Assembly: GCA_965215265.1 (NCBI GenBank)
Contig: OZ244048.1
Span: 928,001-992,000, forward strand
DNA: 64,000 nucleotides
Direction of reading: 5' to 3'
Source: Candidatus Poribacteria bacterium
GTDB lineage: Bacteria > Poribacteria > WGA-4E > WGA-3G
How positions within the stretch are numbered: the stretch's first letter is position 1; each line of letters opens with the position of its first letter. The translations under genes and the position numbers were made by a program. The notes beneath the pieces were generated by a model, which worked only from the letters and a program-made list of their open reading frames with translations, was not told the DNA's origin and did no database searches. Shown in pieces: positions 30,444 through 40,350 of this stretch.

Positions 30444-31427
30444 CTATCGGTTTAGGCTTCGCGCGAAACTATCAAGACTCTCCGCCTGAACGGCGGCGAG
30501 GTGCAGCTGCTCAAGGTGTTGTAAATCGGTAATGCGTTGCAACGCCGGTGCTAACGCCTTGACAGTATCTGGTGAAAACTTAGCGCTCAGCACCGCCAAT
30601 GTATTTTTGATGGTGCTCTCTTTCGCACCTTGTTCTATGCCTTTTTCTAAACCTTGTTCTATGCCTCGTTCCATTCCTCGTTCTATGCCTTGCTCTATGC
30701 CTCGTTCTATACCTTGTTCTATACCTTGTTCTATACCTTGCGCGATAAATTCATCGCGTAACAGTTGGAAATATTTAGATTCTCGCATCAGTCCCTCCGG
30801 TATCAGACGTTTGAAAAGCGACGCGTCATGCACAATACCCCCGAAAACCGACAGCGCACACAGTAAATCCCCTTGCGTCCCCTCATCCAAACTCGTTCCT
30901 GTCGTCGCGGTTATACATCTTTGAAGCCAAGCCGCCGAGTCCAAACCTTCAGGCGGTTTCATCAATGGTGTGAGCGGCAACAGCCCAGGCGCAGCCAACG
31001 CCAAAATAGATTCACCTTCTACTTCTATCAGACGGATAACCTTATACTGCAACCGATAGGCGTAGCCACACAGACTATATTCATACACACCCCCATCCCT
31101 TCTACCCGCTGACGGATGAAAGTACAGCACATTCGAATACACCGGCAGCTGGTATTCCCCGAGCAGATACCCGTGATACGCTGCGTTTCGCGCCCACATC
31201 GGTTTGGGTGTGCTATCTCGCACCTGCAACTCTATGTGTAGGATAGCCTCTTCGTTATCAATACGGATACGCTTGGTGCTATCGACACGCTGCCCGATAA
31301 CCACCTGTTGTTCCGTGTCAAGGTTTTCAAGCACGTCAACATTGTCCACCCCGAGTATAAACCGTGAGATGTCGTCGGCATGCTCCGTCAACAACTCTTT
31401 TGCCATATTATCATAGTCCTGTGCCAT
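30444..31427 (-). CDS. Rpn family recombination-promoting nuclease (PD-(D/E)XK) with C-terminal GIEQ repeats
   Basis: RVD...ILHIELQ, VIRL.E and LLPLTPLM motifs; EQG repeats and DUF4351-like tail. Confidence 0.8.
   Translation of the reverse strand: MAQDYDNMAKELLTEHADDISRFILGVDNVDVLENLDTEQQVVIGQRVDSTKRIRIDNEEAILHIELQVRDSTPKPMWARNAAYHGYLLGEYQLPVYSNVLYFHPSAGRRDGGVYEYSLCGYAYRLQYKVIRLIEVEGESILALAAPGLLPLTPLMKPPEGLDSAAWLQRCITATTGTSLDEGTQGDLLCALSVFGGIVHDASLFKRLIPEGLMRESKYFQLLRDEFIAQGIEQGIEQGIERGIEQGIERGMERGIEQGLEKGIEQGAKESTIKNTLAVLSAKFSPDTVKALAPALQRITDLQHLEQLHLAAVQAESLDSFARSLNR
30628..30740. repeat. 12-bp coding tandem repeat, about 9 units (G-I-E-Q/R)
   Basis: CCT(T/C)GTTCTAT(A/G) units. Confidence 0.85.
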
Positions 31428-31433
31428 AAAATT

Positions 31434-31463
31434 ATTATACACCGGTCCAGTGAAAAATGTCAA
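31434..31463 (-). promoter_or_regulatory. Promoter of the Rpn gene (predicted leaderless mRNA)
   Basis: TTGACA-18-TATAAT ending 6 nt before ATG 31427. Confidence 0.6.
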
Positions 31464-31530
31464 CGTTGAAAGTTGTGCAGATTCTTAGGAGCTATCCAAT
31501 ATGCAAATGTGTATAAAACGTCATCGTTTT

Positions 31531-34500
31531 TCAGCTGTGCTTGAATTCGGCGTTGAGGTATTCGCTGTTCTGCCTGACGGCGCGCTCGGTGTGTTCAGAG
31601 AACCCGTCTGATTTATCCGCGGTGACGGTGATTTCAACGGTTACGTTTGCGCCATCAGTCTGCAGTGTTCGGACAATCTCGTCTTGGATGGTCTCTATAT
31701 CGGCGAGGAAAGGCTGTTCTAACTGCAAGGACTTGGTAACGACAAGGCGCGTCGGGCCATTTGTTGGTGTAGATTCGGATTGTTCATCGGTTTCACTGGC
31801 TTGAGGTCCTAAACCGGGTTCCGGCGGGGCCGGTTCTACAAGGTGCTCTCCCTTGAGTTGTTTGGCAACTTCAGGGTTTATGAGTACCGCAGTAGTGTCG
31901 TGATTTATTGAGAGCGTGCCGACCTGTTCCATAAACCGTGGATTTTGGTATTTTTCATTCTCATAAGCATGGGCGTATCCGAATGTGCCTACTGCAACCC
32001 CTTCTCTAATACAAGTTGCCAAGATGTTCCGGTCTCTTAATCTCGGCATGTAGACATGTGTCGCGAGGAGTTCCCAGAGTTTGTCTATCTGAATGTGGTT
32101 TTGGTAGATGTCACTACTCCAGACGTATTGTTGCAGTTTTTCGTCAAATATGGCAGTGGTTATCCTGGTGATAATTGCTTCGTCGTAGATGAATTTATCC
32201 CGTGCGCGTTGGATTATCCTACCGTCTTCAGCAGGTTCTATTGCGTCTGCCGAGAAGCCGTAGTCGTCTTTCTGCGGGTCGGCTTGGGTAGGGGCAACTG
32301 TCCACCGGTATGCTTTGAACAGGGCAGTTGTCACTCTCTCGTCAGCGGATTCAAGTTTGTCCGTGGCCTGATCGAGCCGTGTGCCTGTGAGATTGGTGAT
32401 TGCACTATGTAGTTCATCGCCATTCATAATGGCGTTCCAAGCGAGATAGTTTTTGATAAGATTTTTCAGTTCGCGTAGCTCGTCCCGTCGTGCTGCGATG
32501 AAAAGGAGGGTGTTCCTGAAGGTGCGCTGCGCTTGCCCATCGCTGCAGTATATCAGCATGTTGTGTGCGGCGGCGTGTGCAGTGTTTTGCTCTTTTTCGC
32601 GGCTTGGCAAGGATGCCTGCGGCGGCAGGATGACGTACTGAACCGTTTCGGAATCCTTCACCTCAGTTGGTGATGCCGGACAGACTATCACGTTCGGGTC
32701 GCGTCCGATGACTTTTTTTAACCGTGAAATGATCTCCCGGTAGATATCATCTTCTGTGTACTGCTCTGCACGATCGTTTGCGACTTTATTGAGGTTCTCT
32801 TGCGTATGGAAATAGTGTCTGTCGTCTAGATTATAGAGAAAGTAGAGGTTGCCGGTCATTCTGCGGAGTGCGTCGTTGTAAATTGAGACGGTTTGTCCCG
32901 GTTCAACCACACCGAGGTGAATCTGGCGCTCAGAGATGCCCCTGACGGCCCCGGTATTTGTGCTGCCGAGGAAAATCGCACGTGCGAGGCGACGCGCTGC
33001 ACTGCCAACCTCTATGAACGTTTTAGAGGTCTTATCGATCTGGTCTGTGCGTGACCCGTGGCTGTCGACCTCTTTTACGACTGGGTCCCAATTCCCACCG
33101 GATCTGCTGAGCAGCCTAGTGAATTCATCAGCGAGTGCTGGATCGTCTAAGGTGAGATTGCCCGGCATTATCAAAGGCGAGGCGTCCTGTTGTTGATAGA
33201 GACGAGAAATACAACTCGCCATGATGCGTAGTACCCCGCGGGTGCGCTGAAACCCGGGGATGACTACCCAATCCTGAGAGAGGCGGTCGAATATCTCCGG
33301 ATGGATTGGGTAACACGCTTTCATGCGCTGGAAATAATTAGCCTCGCTGGCTTCATCCGGGTACTCGCGCCGTGAATTCTGGTACATTTTCCGGAAGGCA
33401 TCACAGGTCAGATCTCGTTCAGTCTCATCCTTAATGCCGCGGAAGAGTCGCCGACGCACCACTTGAAAAGCGTTGTCAACCTCTAACGGTATAGAGACGG
33501 CATCAACCCGTTCAAGTATCGACTCAAGACCATCCATCACACTCATGCCGCCTTCGCCACCTGCCTGGACGTGCCCTTCCGGTAACGTTGCGACAAGCGT
33601 GACATCGTTAGTTCTTTTAACAGATTCTGTGAGCGTCTGGAAAAAAGTGTAGATACTTTCTTGGGTGACACCTTGTACGTTGCGAACGTAAGCGACAAGT
33701 TCATCTATTAAGATAACGGAGGGCCCAACGTATTCAAAAAGTTCATCCAGCTGCTTGCCACCGGGGGATATGCCTTCTCGCGCAGCGTCCGCGATGAATT
33801 CGTAAGCATCCTGCCCCCCGAGCTGATCTGCCATTCTGCCCCAGAGCGTGTTCAGCGGATCTCCACGTGTCGTTTTATCCGCATCCGTTGTAGACAGATA
33901 GGTACCGACAAGCACGGAGACGTTGGCACTGAGCGCTGTATCTGCTTCCCATTCTGCTTCCTGCATGATCTTGTGAACGTCTGCGTGCAATTGTGCGTAT
34001 TCCTCATCCGGGGGCGGCTGCGTGAGTGCGTCTGCTCCGGTCACGAGATGGTAGAGTGCGATGAGACTATGCGTTTTTCCACCGCCGAACCCGGTTTTGA
34101 GTTGAATAACGGGGTCTCCGCCCTTGCTGCCCAGTCGACTCAAGGTATTAAGCAACAGTTGTCGAAGCCCAGGTGTAATGTATGTCTGACTGAAAAAGAG
34201 CCCGGCTTCTCCGTATTCAGCAGCTTTCGCTTTTCCCTCAAATACCTCTTGGAGATCTGCCGCGAATTCGGATTTCCGGAAGGTGCCTTCAATGACATCG
34301 TTGTTTGGCGATATCACCTGGTGCCATGGCGTGAGCTCAGTCGGCTTTCTACGTGGCAGCTTGGGTTTTACTTCCGTGGCCGGAACTGCACTCGTGAATA
34401 ATTTATCTCGGATCGCTTCTACCTGCTGCTTCTGTTCTGGAGCATTGATTTGTCCAAGTACCTCTGCTATGTCATGAAGGCGCGCGAGGGCGTATTCCCT

Positions 34501-34806
34501 AGAGAGGTCTTCAGCACCGGGGTGGGAAACTCTATTTCTTGCTTCTGTTATGAGACCTATTGCACTGCGAATATCCCGGTCAGGGTCAAAACGGTGTGCG
34601 AAGGCATTCTGCCAGTACCTCCTGAAAAGCGGCGGGAAATGGTTAATATCTATATCCACGCTGTTTTCGAAACGATCTTCTGTCGCGAGTGTGTGTACCG
34701 TTTTCAAGTTTCGAAAAACAAATGGACGCATCGCATCACGGTAGAGGTTGAGTGCATTATAGAGTGCATCTTGGTTAGGGCGGTTTGCGTCTGGCACGTC
34801 TGTCAT
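31531..34806 (-). CDS. DUF499 AAA+ ATPase with N-terminal Swt1-like HEPN domain
   Basis: HEPN RNRVSH (Rx4H); SEFAADL, Walker A GFGGGKTH, Walker B ILIDE, YPIHPE and FQRTRGVLR; SD AGGAGA. Confidence 0.88.
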   Translation of the reverse strand: MTDVPDANRPNQDALYNALNLYRDAMRPFVFRNLKTVHTLATEDRFENSVDIDINHFPPLFRRYWQNAFAHRFDPDRDIRSAIGLITEARNRVSHPGAEDLSREYALARLHDIAEVLGQINAPEQKQQVEAIRDKLFTSAVPATEVKPKLPRRKPTELTPWHQVISPNNDVIEGTFRKSEFAADLQEVFEGKAKAAEYGEAGLFFSQTYITPGLRQLLLNTLSRLGSKGGDPVIQLKTGFGGGKTHSLIALYHLVTGADALTQPPPDEEYAQLHADVHKIMQEAEWEADTALSANVSVLVGTYLSTTDADKTTRGDPLNTLWGRMADQLGGQDAYEFIADAAREGISPGGKQLDELFEYVGPSVILIDELVAYVRNVQGVTQESIYTFFQTLTESVKRTNDVTLVATLPEGHVQAGGEGGMSVMDGLESILERVDAVSIPLEVDNAFQVVRRRLFRGIKDETERDLTCDAFRKMYQNSRREYPDEASEANYFQRMKACYPIHPEIFDRLSQDWVVIPGFQRTRGVLRIMASCISRLYQQQDASPLIMPGNLTLDDPALADEFTRLLSRSGGNWDPVVKEVDSHGSRTDQIDKTSKTFIEVGSAARRLARAIFLGSTNTGAVRGISERQIHLGVVEPGQTVSIYNDALRRMTGNLYFLYNLDDRHYFHTQENLNKVANDRAEQYTEDDIYREIISRLKKVIGRDPNVIVCPASPTEVKDSETVQYVILPPQASLPSREKEQNTAHAAAHNMLIYCSDGQAQRTFRNTLLFIAARRDELRELKNLIKNYLAWNAIMNGDELHSAITNLTGTRLDQATDKLESADERVTTALFKAYRWTVAPTQADPQKDDYGFSADAIEPAEDGRIIQRARDKFIYDEAIITRITTAIFDEKLQQYVWSSDIYQNHIQIDKLWELLATHVYMPRLRDRNILATCIREGVAVGTFGYAHAYENEKYQNPRFMEQVGTLSINHDTTAVLINPEVAKQLKGEHLVEPAPPEPGLGPQASETDEQSESTPTNGPTRLVVTKSLQLEQPFLADIETIQDEIVRTLQTDGANVTVEITVTADKSDGFSEHTERAVRQNSEYLNAEFKHS

Positions 34807-34828
34807 TCTCCTAAATGGGCTTTTTTTC

Positions 34829-34857
34829 ATCATAGCAGCAATTGCAAGTTTTGTCAA
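34829..34857 (-). promoter_or_regulatory. Promoter of the DUF499 operon
   Basis: TTGACA-17-TATGAT with TGn extension. Confidence 0.6.
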
Positions 34858-34926
34858 TCAAAAAATGGGCATCAGCACGAGCGTCCGCTAAAATCGGAAT
34901 GATGTGAGGGCATGAGGTTTTGCAGG

Positions 34927-34999
34927 CAGTGGCAGGATAGGTAGAGTCTCGTATCCTTTAGGATACGATGTCTCTACCTTTTACCTGCCACCCACTGGG
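34927..34999. repeat. Family B hairpin element at the island boundary
   Basis: GTGGCAGG AT AGGTAGAG...CTCTACCT TTTA CCTGCCAC plus CCCACTGGG; reverse-complement homologue of 580-645. Confidence 0.7.
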
Positions 35000-35070
35000 C
35001 TTGAGTCTCTCCGTTACGCGGCAGCATAGCGGGCAGGACTTGCAGCATAGGTGCTGTCAAACCGCTGCGT

Positions 35071-36333
35071 CTACTCACGTACTTGTCCATCGCCGTAGAT
35101 AATATATTTGTAACTCGTCAGTCCTTCCAATCCCATAGGACCGCGCGAGTGGAGTTTCTGGGTACTGATGCCGACTTCCGCGCCGAGTCCAAATTCGTAT
35201 CCGTCGGTGAAGACGGTGCTGGCGTTGACATAGACAGCTGCAGAGTCAACTTCCTTAAGGAACCGTTGGGCGGCGGTGTAACTTTCCGTGATAATAGCAT
35301 CCGAATGATGCGAACCGTAGGTTTCAATGTGCTCCATCGCCTGCGCTAGGCTGTCAACGATCCGGATGGATAAAATGTAATCGAGGTATTCGGCGCGCCA
35401 ATCGACTTCGGTTGCGTTTTTCGCTTGTGGGTAGTGCTGGCGCGTCCGTTCGCAGCCGCGTACCTCTACGTTTGCATCGCCTAGCTGCTGCACGATGACA
35501 GGAAGGAACTCTTCCGCGACGGCTTCATGGACGAGTAACGTCTCTAACGCGTTGCAGACAGCCACTTTATACCCGACTTTGGCGTTCATACAGATTTTGG
35601 ATGCCATCTTGAGGTCTGCGGCCGCGTCAACGTAGATATGACATATTCCATCCGCGTGCCCCAGGACAGGGATTTCTGATGCTTTCATCAGGAACTGGAC
35701 GAACTCATTGCTGCCGCGCGGGATGATTAAGTCGATATATTCGGGCAGACGGATAAGCTCATAGACTGCTTGTCTATCCGTAGTTTCAACGAATTGGATG
35801 GGGCCCGGAATCCCCATATCGGCTGCTGTTTCGCTGAGGATGCGTGCAAGCGTCGTATTGGAATGAATTGCTTCTGAGCCGCCACGGAGGATGACACCGT
35901 TCCCGGATTTGATACAGAGCGCGGAGACTTCGACCGTCACGTCAGGACGAGATTCATATACAACGCCGACAACGCCGATGGGTACGCGGACAGTGCCGAT
36001 TTTTAAGCCGTTGGGTCGCTCTGCCATGTGAATGACTTCTCCGATAGGATCCGGAAGTGCAGCCACTTGTCGGAGATTGTCTACCATCCGGTCCATTTTT
36101 TTATCGTCGATCAGGAGACGTTGCATCAGTGGCGCAGCGAGCCCCGTTTTCTCACCGTTGTCGAGGTCTATACGGTTCGCGTCTTGGATTTTGTCTTTAG
36201 CGTTAGCGAGGTTCTCTGCCATTGCCAAAAGCGTGTTATCTCGAAGATCTGCGGAGCTGCGTGATAAGACACGCATCGCTGCTTTTGCTTGTTTTGCTTT
36301 TGCTTGAATGCTATGTTGAATGGTTTTGCTCAT
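35071..36333 (-). CDS. proA: Gamma-glutamyl phosphate reductase
   Basis: YESRPDVT, CNALETLL, NAST.FTDG and STQKLHSRGPMG motifs. Confidence 0.95.
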   Translation of the reverse strand: MSKTIQHSIQAKAKQAKAAMRVLSRSSADLRDNTLLAMAENLANAKDKIQDANRIDLDNGEKTGLAAPLMQRLLIDDKKMDRMVDNLRQVAALPDPIGEVIHMAERPNGLKIGTVRVPIGVVGVVYESRPDVTVEVSALCIKSGNGVILRGGSEAIHSNTTLARILSETAADMGIPGPIQFVETTDRQAVYELIRLPEYIDLIIPRGSNEFVQFLMKASEIPVLGHADGICHIYVDAAADLKMASKICMNAKVGYKVAVCNALETLLVHEAVAEEFLPVIVQQLGDANVEVRGCERTRQHYPQAKNATEVDWRAEYLDYILSIRIVDSLAQAMEHIETYGSHHSDAIITESYTAAQRFLKEVDSAAVYVNASTVFTDGYEFGLGAEVGISTQKLHSRGPMGLEGLTSYKYIIYGDGQVRE

Positions 36334-37619
36334 TTGATGCCTTCCTTTGTGTTGTTATTTGTCAATCCATCGTCAATTAGAACTAAGTTATCCCGATGGA
36401 TAATTTCATCGTAATCCCGGTATCCGATGAGTTTCTCAATATCGCATGTCTGCTTTCCTACTAGTTGTGCCGTTTCGGTTGCGTTATAGTTGACAAGTCC
36501 CCTTGCGAACTCAATTCCGTTTTGAGCGATGCATGAGACGGTATCGCTATAGACGAAGTCCCCTTCGACTCGGTGTATGCCTGCTGGTAGCAAACTCTTG
36601 CCGCGTTGCACGAGGGCATCACGTGCCCCGTTGTCAACGAAGAGCTTACCTTTTGGCGGGCGAGAATAGGCTATCCACCGTTTGCGTCCGGATATGCGGC
36701 TTTGCGGTAAGAAGAGGGTTCCGAGGGGTGCCTCGTTGAGCAAGCGCGTTACGACCAGCGGTTCTCCACCGTGTACGATGGCGACCATTTCTCCGGAACC
36801 AGTCACAATTTCGGCCGCACGGAGTTTTGTCACCATGCCACCGGTGCCTGCCGTTGTGCCGGCATCGCCTGCGGCATCCCACATCGCGTCTGAAATAGAA
36901 GGTACGGTATCAATCAGTTGTGGGTTTTGATGCTGCCTCGGATCTGCCGTATAAAAGCCAGCTTGATCAGAGAGAATGACGAGCAGTTGCGCCTCGGCGA
37001 GGTTCGTCACATAGGCAGAAAGGGTGTCGTTATCGCCCACTTTAATTTCCTCTACAGCGACGGTGTCGTTTTCATTAATAATTGGAATTGCCCCCAATTG
37101 GAGGAGAGTGCGGAGGGTGTCGCTCATGTGAATGTAACGCTGCCGGTCGGTGAAGTCATCCTGTGTGAGTAACATCATCGCGGTCCGCTGTCCATAGTCC
37201 CGAAATCGCTGTTCATAGGCAGCCATTAACTGAATTTGGCCAGCGGCTGCAGCAGCTTGGAGACCGGGGAGTGTATGTGGACGTTGCTTCAAACCGAGTC
37301 TTGGCCAGCCTGCAGCGATCGCCCCCGATGTGACGAGGATCACCTCAATGCCAGTCTGTTTCACTATCGCGAGGTCATGCACAAGTCTATCGAGCGCGGC
37401 TTCGCTGAGATGTGTCCGGTCGGTTAGCGTGCTGCTGCCTACCTTGACGACGATGCGTTTCACGTCAGAGAAGTTTCGGGTGGCCGGCCTGTGTGTGCGG
37501 CTATTGTTAATATCTATACTCTCATCTGTTGCTGTTACGTTCTGTTTGCAGCGTTCTTGGACTGTAGTCGAATTCAAATTCATCAATCTGAACTGTTTCT
37601 CCTTCGCTTGCGCCGGCAC
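36330..37619 (-). CDS. proB: Glutamate 5-kinase (true start probably downstream of 37619)
   Basis: VVKVGSS, INEND, GDNDTLSA and GTGGM.TK motifs; PUA domain. Confidence 0.93.
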   Translation of the reverse strand: MPAQAKEKQFRLMNLNSTTVQERCKQNVTATDESIDINNSRTHRPATRNFSDVKRIVVKVGSSTLTDRTHLSEAALDRLVHDLAIVKQTGIEVILVTSGAIAAGWPRLGLKQRPHTLPGLQAAAAAGQIQLMAAYEQRFRDYGQRTAMMLLTQDDFTDRQRYIHMSDTLRTLLQLGAIPIINENDTVAVEEIKVGDNDTLSAYVTNLAEAQLLVILSDQAGFYTADPRQHQNPQLIDTVPSISDAMWDAAGDAGTTAGTGGMVTKLRAAEIVTGSGEMVAIVHGGEPLVVTRLLNEAPLGTLFLPQSRISGRKRWIAYSRPPKGKLFVDNGARDALVQRGKSLLPAGIHRVEGDFVYSDTVSCIAQNGIEFARGLVNYNATETAQLVGKQTCDIEKLIGYRDYDEIIHRDNLVLIDDGLTNNNTKEGIK

Positions 37620-38826
37620 GTTCCAAGGCGTTAATAACGCCCATTTTTTTGAGTTTCCGGTAGAGCAGGATTAAAGCCTGCTCGTTTTCCATATCAGTCA
37701 TGAGTACAGCGCGCCGGGGTTCTGCGCCGCTGATAACGAACCCACGTTTAGTTTTGCGGAGGGTAAACCGTTGTCGCCGTTCGGGTTCAACTTGAGGTTC
37801 AAAGGTGATATCGGTTTGGGCTTGTTCGCGTTCGCGCACCTCCAGTTTCTGTAATAAGCGGTATGCGGTGTGCATAAGATGGTTCACGCCCTTGCCGGTA
37901 ATTGCTGATATCGGAAAAACAGGTCTGCGCCCGAAATATGCTTGTAAGCGGGCCAGATTCGCTTCTGCTTCTGGCATATCTATTTTGTTCAAGGCGATAA
38001 TTTGCGGCAGTTCGGTTAATCTGTCGTTGTAGTGTGCAAGTTCACCGTTCAGTTTCTCGTAGTCTGCAACTGGATCTCTGCCATCTGTTGCCCCGAGGTC
38101 TATGACGTGGATGAGCATTTTTGTGCGTTCAATATGTCTTAAGAATTGGTGTCCTAGGCCTGCGCCTTTGTGTGCGCCTTCTATAAGTCCGGGGATGTCT
38201 GCGAGGACGAAGTTCTGCTCTCGACTGATTCGGACGACACCGAGGTTCGGTTTCAGGGTTGTAAACGGATAGGACGCGATTTTGGGGGTAGCGGCAGAGG
38301 TTCGTGCCAAAAGTGTGGATTTCCCCGCGTTGGGATAGCCGACTAGCCCGATGTCCGCGATGATTTTGACCTCCAATCCGATGTCGCGTTCTTCGCCAGG
38401 CTCCCCTTTTTCTGCAACGCGCGGCGCTTGGAAAGTACTGCTTTTAAACCGTGCATTCCCCTTTCCGCCGAGCCCACCATGCGCAGCGATGACCTGCTGG
38501 CCAGGCACCGTCAAATCCGCGAGGAGCTCTTCGGTATCCAAGCTTCTGACAATAGTGCCGACTGGGACGTTGATGATGCGGTCCGCGCCGTCTGCACCTG
38601 TTCGCTGCTTTCCGGTGCCGTGTGCACCGTTGTCAGCGACTTGATGGGGGTTGTGGTGCAGATCTATGAGGGTGCTCATACCCTGTTTTGCTTTGAAGAT
38701 GATATTGCCACCGTTGCCGCCGTCACCCCCATCAGGACCGCCACGCGGGACGTATTTTTCACGCCGGAAGCTGATGCACCCGTTACCACCTCGCCCGCCT
38801 TTGACGTAAATTTTGGCTGTATCCAT
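37522..38826 (-). CDS. obgE: GTPase ObgE/CgtA
   Basis: Gly-rich Obg fold; GYPNAGKS, YPFTT, DIPG and NKID; DUF1967-type tail. Confidence 0.95.
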   Translation of the reverse strand: MDTAKIYVKGGRGGNGCISFRREKYVPRGGPDGGDGGNGGNIIFKAKQGMSTLIDLHHNPHQVADNGAHGTGKQRTGADGADRIINVPVGTIVRSLDTEELLADLTVPGQQVIAAHGGLGGKGNARFKSSTFQAPRVAEKGEPGEERDIGLEVKIIADIGLVGYPNAGKSTLLARTSAATPKIASYPFTTLKPNLGVVRISREQNFVLADIPGLIEGAHKGAGLGHQFLRHIERTKMLIHVIDLGATDGRDPVADYEKLNGELAHYNDRLTELPQIIALNKIDMPEAEANLARLQAYFGRRPVFPISAITGKGVNHLMHTAYRLLQKLEVREREQAQTDITFEPQVEPERRQRFTLRKTKRGFVISGAEPRRAVLMTDMENEQALILLYRKLKKMGVINALERAGASEGETVQIDEFEFDYSPRTLQTERNSNR

Positions 38827-38915
38827 GGCTCACCTGCACTTTAGTGTTGTATGATAGCGAATTGAGCAATCTTGTCTACAATTCTACAATGTTGAACAAC
38901 ACCGCACGTCCGTAG

Positions 38916-39128
38916 TTACGCTCGCAAATGCTCAAAACCTGCATCTGTGACTGCCTGTATGAGGTGTGCCAACGTAATTCGCGATTCGTCGTAACGGACA
39001 ACCGCTTCGCCTTTTCTGAGATTGACTTTCGCACGTGTCACCCCTTCAAGCTGCGTCAAGGCCTCTGTCACAGTTTTGACGCAATGCTGGCATGACATGC
39101 CGCCAATTTTTAATTTTGTTTTTTTCAT
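38916..39128 (-). CDS. copZ: Copper chaperone (HMA domain)
   Basis: GMSCQHC motif; 70 aa. Confidence 0.88.
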   Translation of the reverse strand: MKKTKLKIGGMSCQHCVKTVTEALTQLEGVTRAKVNLRKGEAVVRYDESRITLAHLIQAVTDAGFEHLRA

Positions 39129-39168
39129 TTTTGTCTGCTACAGCTCCGGTGCCTCCTATGATTCATAA

Positions 39169-39354
39169 TTATCGTTTGGTCTCCGATGGAAAATTACGTT
39201 GGCACGCTGGGCACGTCGGCGTATCCGTTCGGATTGCTAATCCGCAGTCAGGGCAGATGCGCTTTGTCTGCAACCGAGTGATAATTCGAGATATAAGAAT
39301 GACTCCTAAAAAGAGGATAATAAGTAACGCAACTTCCCAAAAACCGATACTCAC
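39169..39354 (-). CDS. Small membrane protein with zinc ribbon
   Basis: TatA-like N-terminal helix IGFWEVALLI; CPDC...CPAC; tightly packed between nfo and copZ. Confidence 0.6.
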   Translation of the reverse strand: MSIGFWEVALLIILFLGVILISRIITRLQTKRICPDCGLAIRTDTPTCPACQRNFPSETKR

Positions 39355-39357
39355 TGC

Positions 39358-40209
39358 TTATGCTCCGTCAGTTTCTGCTAATTCTCGCAAAATGGCGAGG
39401 TTCTCCTTGTGCATCGTTTTCATCTGTGGTGTTTCAATAATCAGCGGTACTGCTGCAAAACGTGCATCCTTAACGATAAACGTGAAAGCAGCATCACCGA
39501 TATTGCCTTTGCCGATGTGCTCGTGTCTATCAACCCGGCTTTGGTATTCCGATTTTGCGTCGTTGAGGTGAAACGCGCCCAACCGTTGTAACCCGATAAC
39601 ATCGTCAAACTGCTTGAAGGCAGCTTCACAATCTGCTTCGGTGCGTATATCGTAGCCGGCGGCGAAGACATGACACGTATCAAAACAGACACCGAACCGT
39701 TCGGGATATTTGGACATCGCGATAACATCGCGGAGATGTTCAAAGCGGTAGCCGAGATTTGTTCCTTGTCCTGCGGTGGTTTCTAACAGGACTGTTACAT
39801 CCGGGGCTTCGGTAGTTTCAAATAACAGGTCAAAACTCTCACTGAGCATCTTCAATCCGACGTTTTCGCCTTCGCCGAGGTGTGCACCGAGGTGCGTGAC
39901 GATAGAACGGAGTCCGAGTTCGGTAGCGAGTTCCATCTGTGCTTTGAACCGTTCACGCGACTTCGCGAGGACCTCCGGTTTAGGTGATGCTAAATTGCTG
40001 AGGTGTATATCATGCGCGACGACATCGTGAATTGGAGAGTTATTCCATGCGTCCTTAAACTTTTCCACGACATCTGGTGCCAGGGGTTTCCCTTGCCATC
40101 GGTTAGGGTTTTGCATAAAAATTTGTATGGCATCACAGTTGAGTTCGTCGCCATTATTAATGGCGTTATGCAAGCCGCCAGCTGTTGAGACATGTGCTCC
40201 GAGAATCAT
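39358..40209 (-). CDS. nfo: Endonuclease IV
   Basis: GAHVS, ETTAGQG, DTCH, HLND, DRHEH and ETP motifs. Confidence 0.95.
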   Translation of the reverse strand: MILGAHVSTAGGLHNAINNGDELNCDAIQIFMQNPNRWQGKPLAPDVVEKFKDAWNNSPIHDVVAHDIHLSNLASPKPEVLAKSRERFKAQMELATELGLRSIVTHLGAHLGEGENVGLKMLSESFDLLFETTEAPDVTVLLETTAGQGTNLGYRFEHLRDVIAMSKYPERFGVCFDTCHVFAAGYDIRTEADCEAAFKQFDDVIGLQRLGAFHLNDAKSEYQSRVDRHEHIGKGNIGDAAFTFIVKDARFAAVPLIIETPQMKTMHKENLAILRELAETDGA

Positions 40210-40350
40210 ATTTTCTTCCTATCTCTTTTTTTCCCGTCATTATGGAAAGTTATCACGATGGAATTTAGGTTAAACTTCGTGGCTTGTCGATTTTTCAATT
40301 TCTGGTACCGGTTGCGGGTTCGCAAAATGTCAACGTGCACGACTAAAGTG

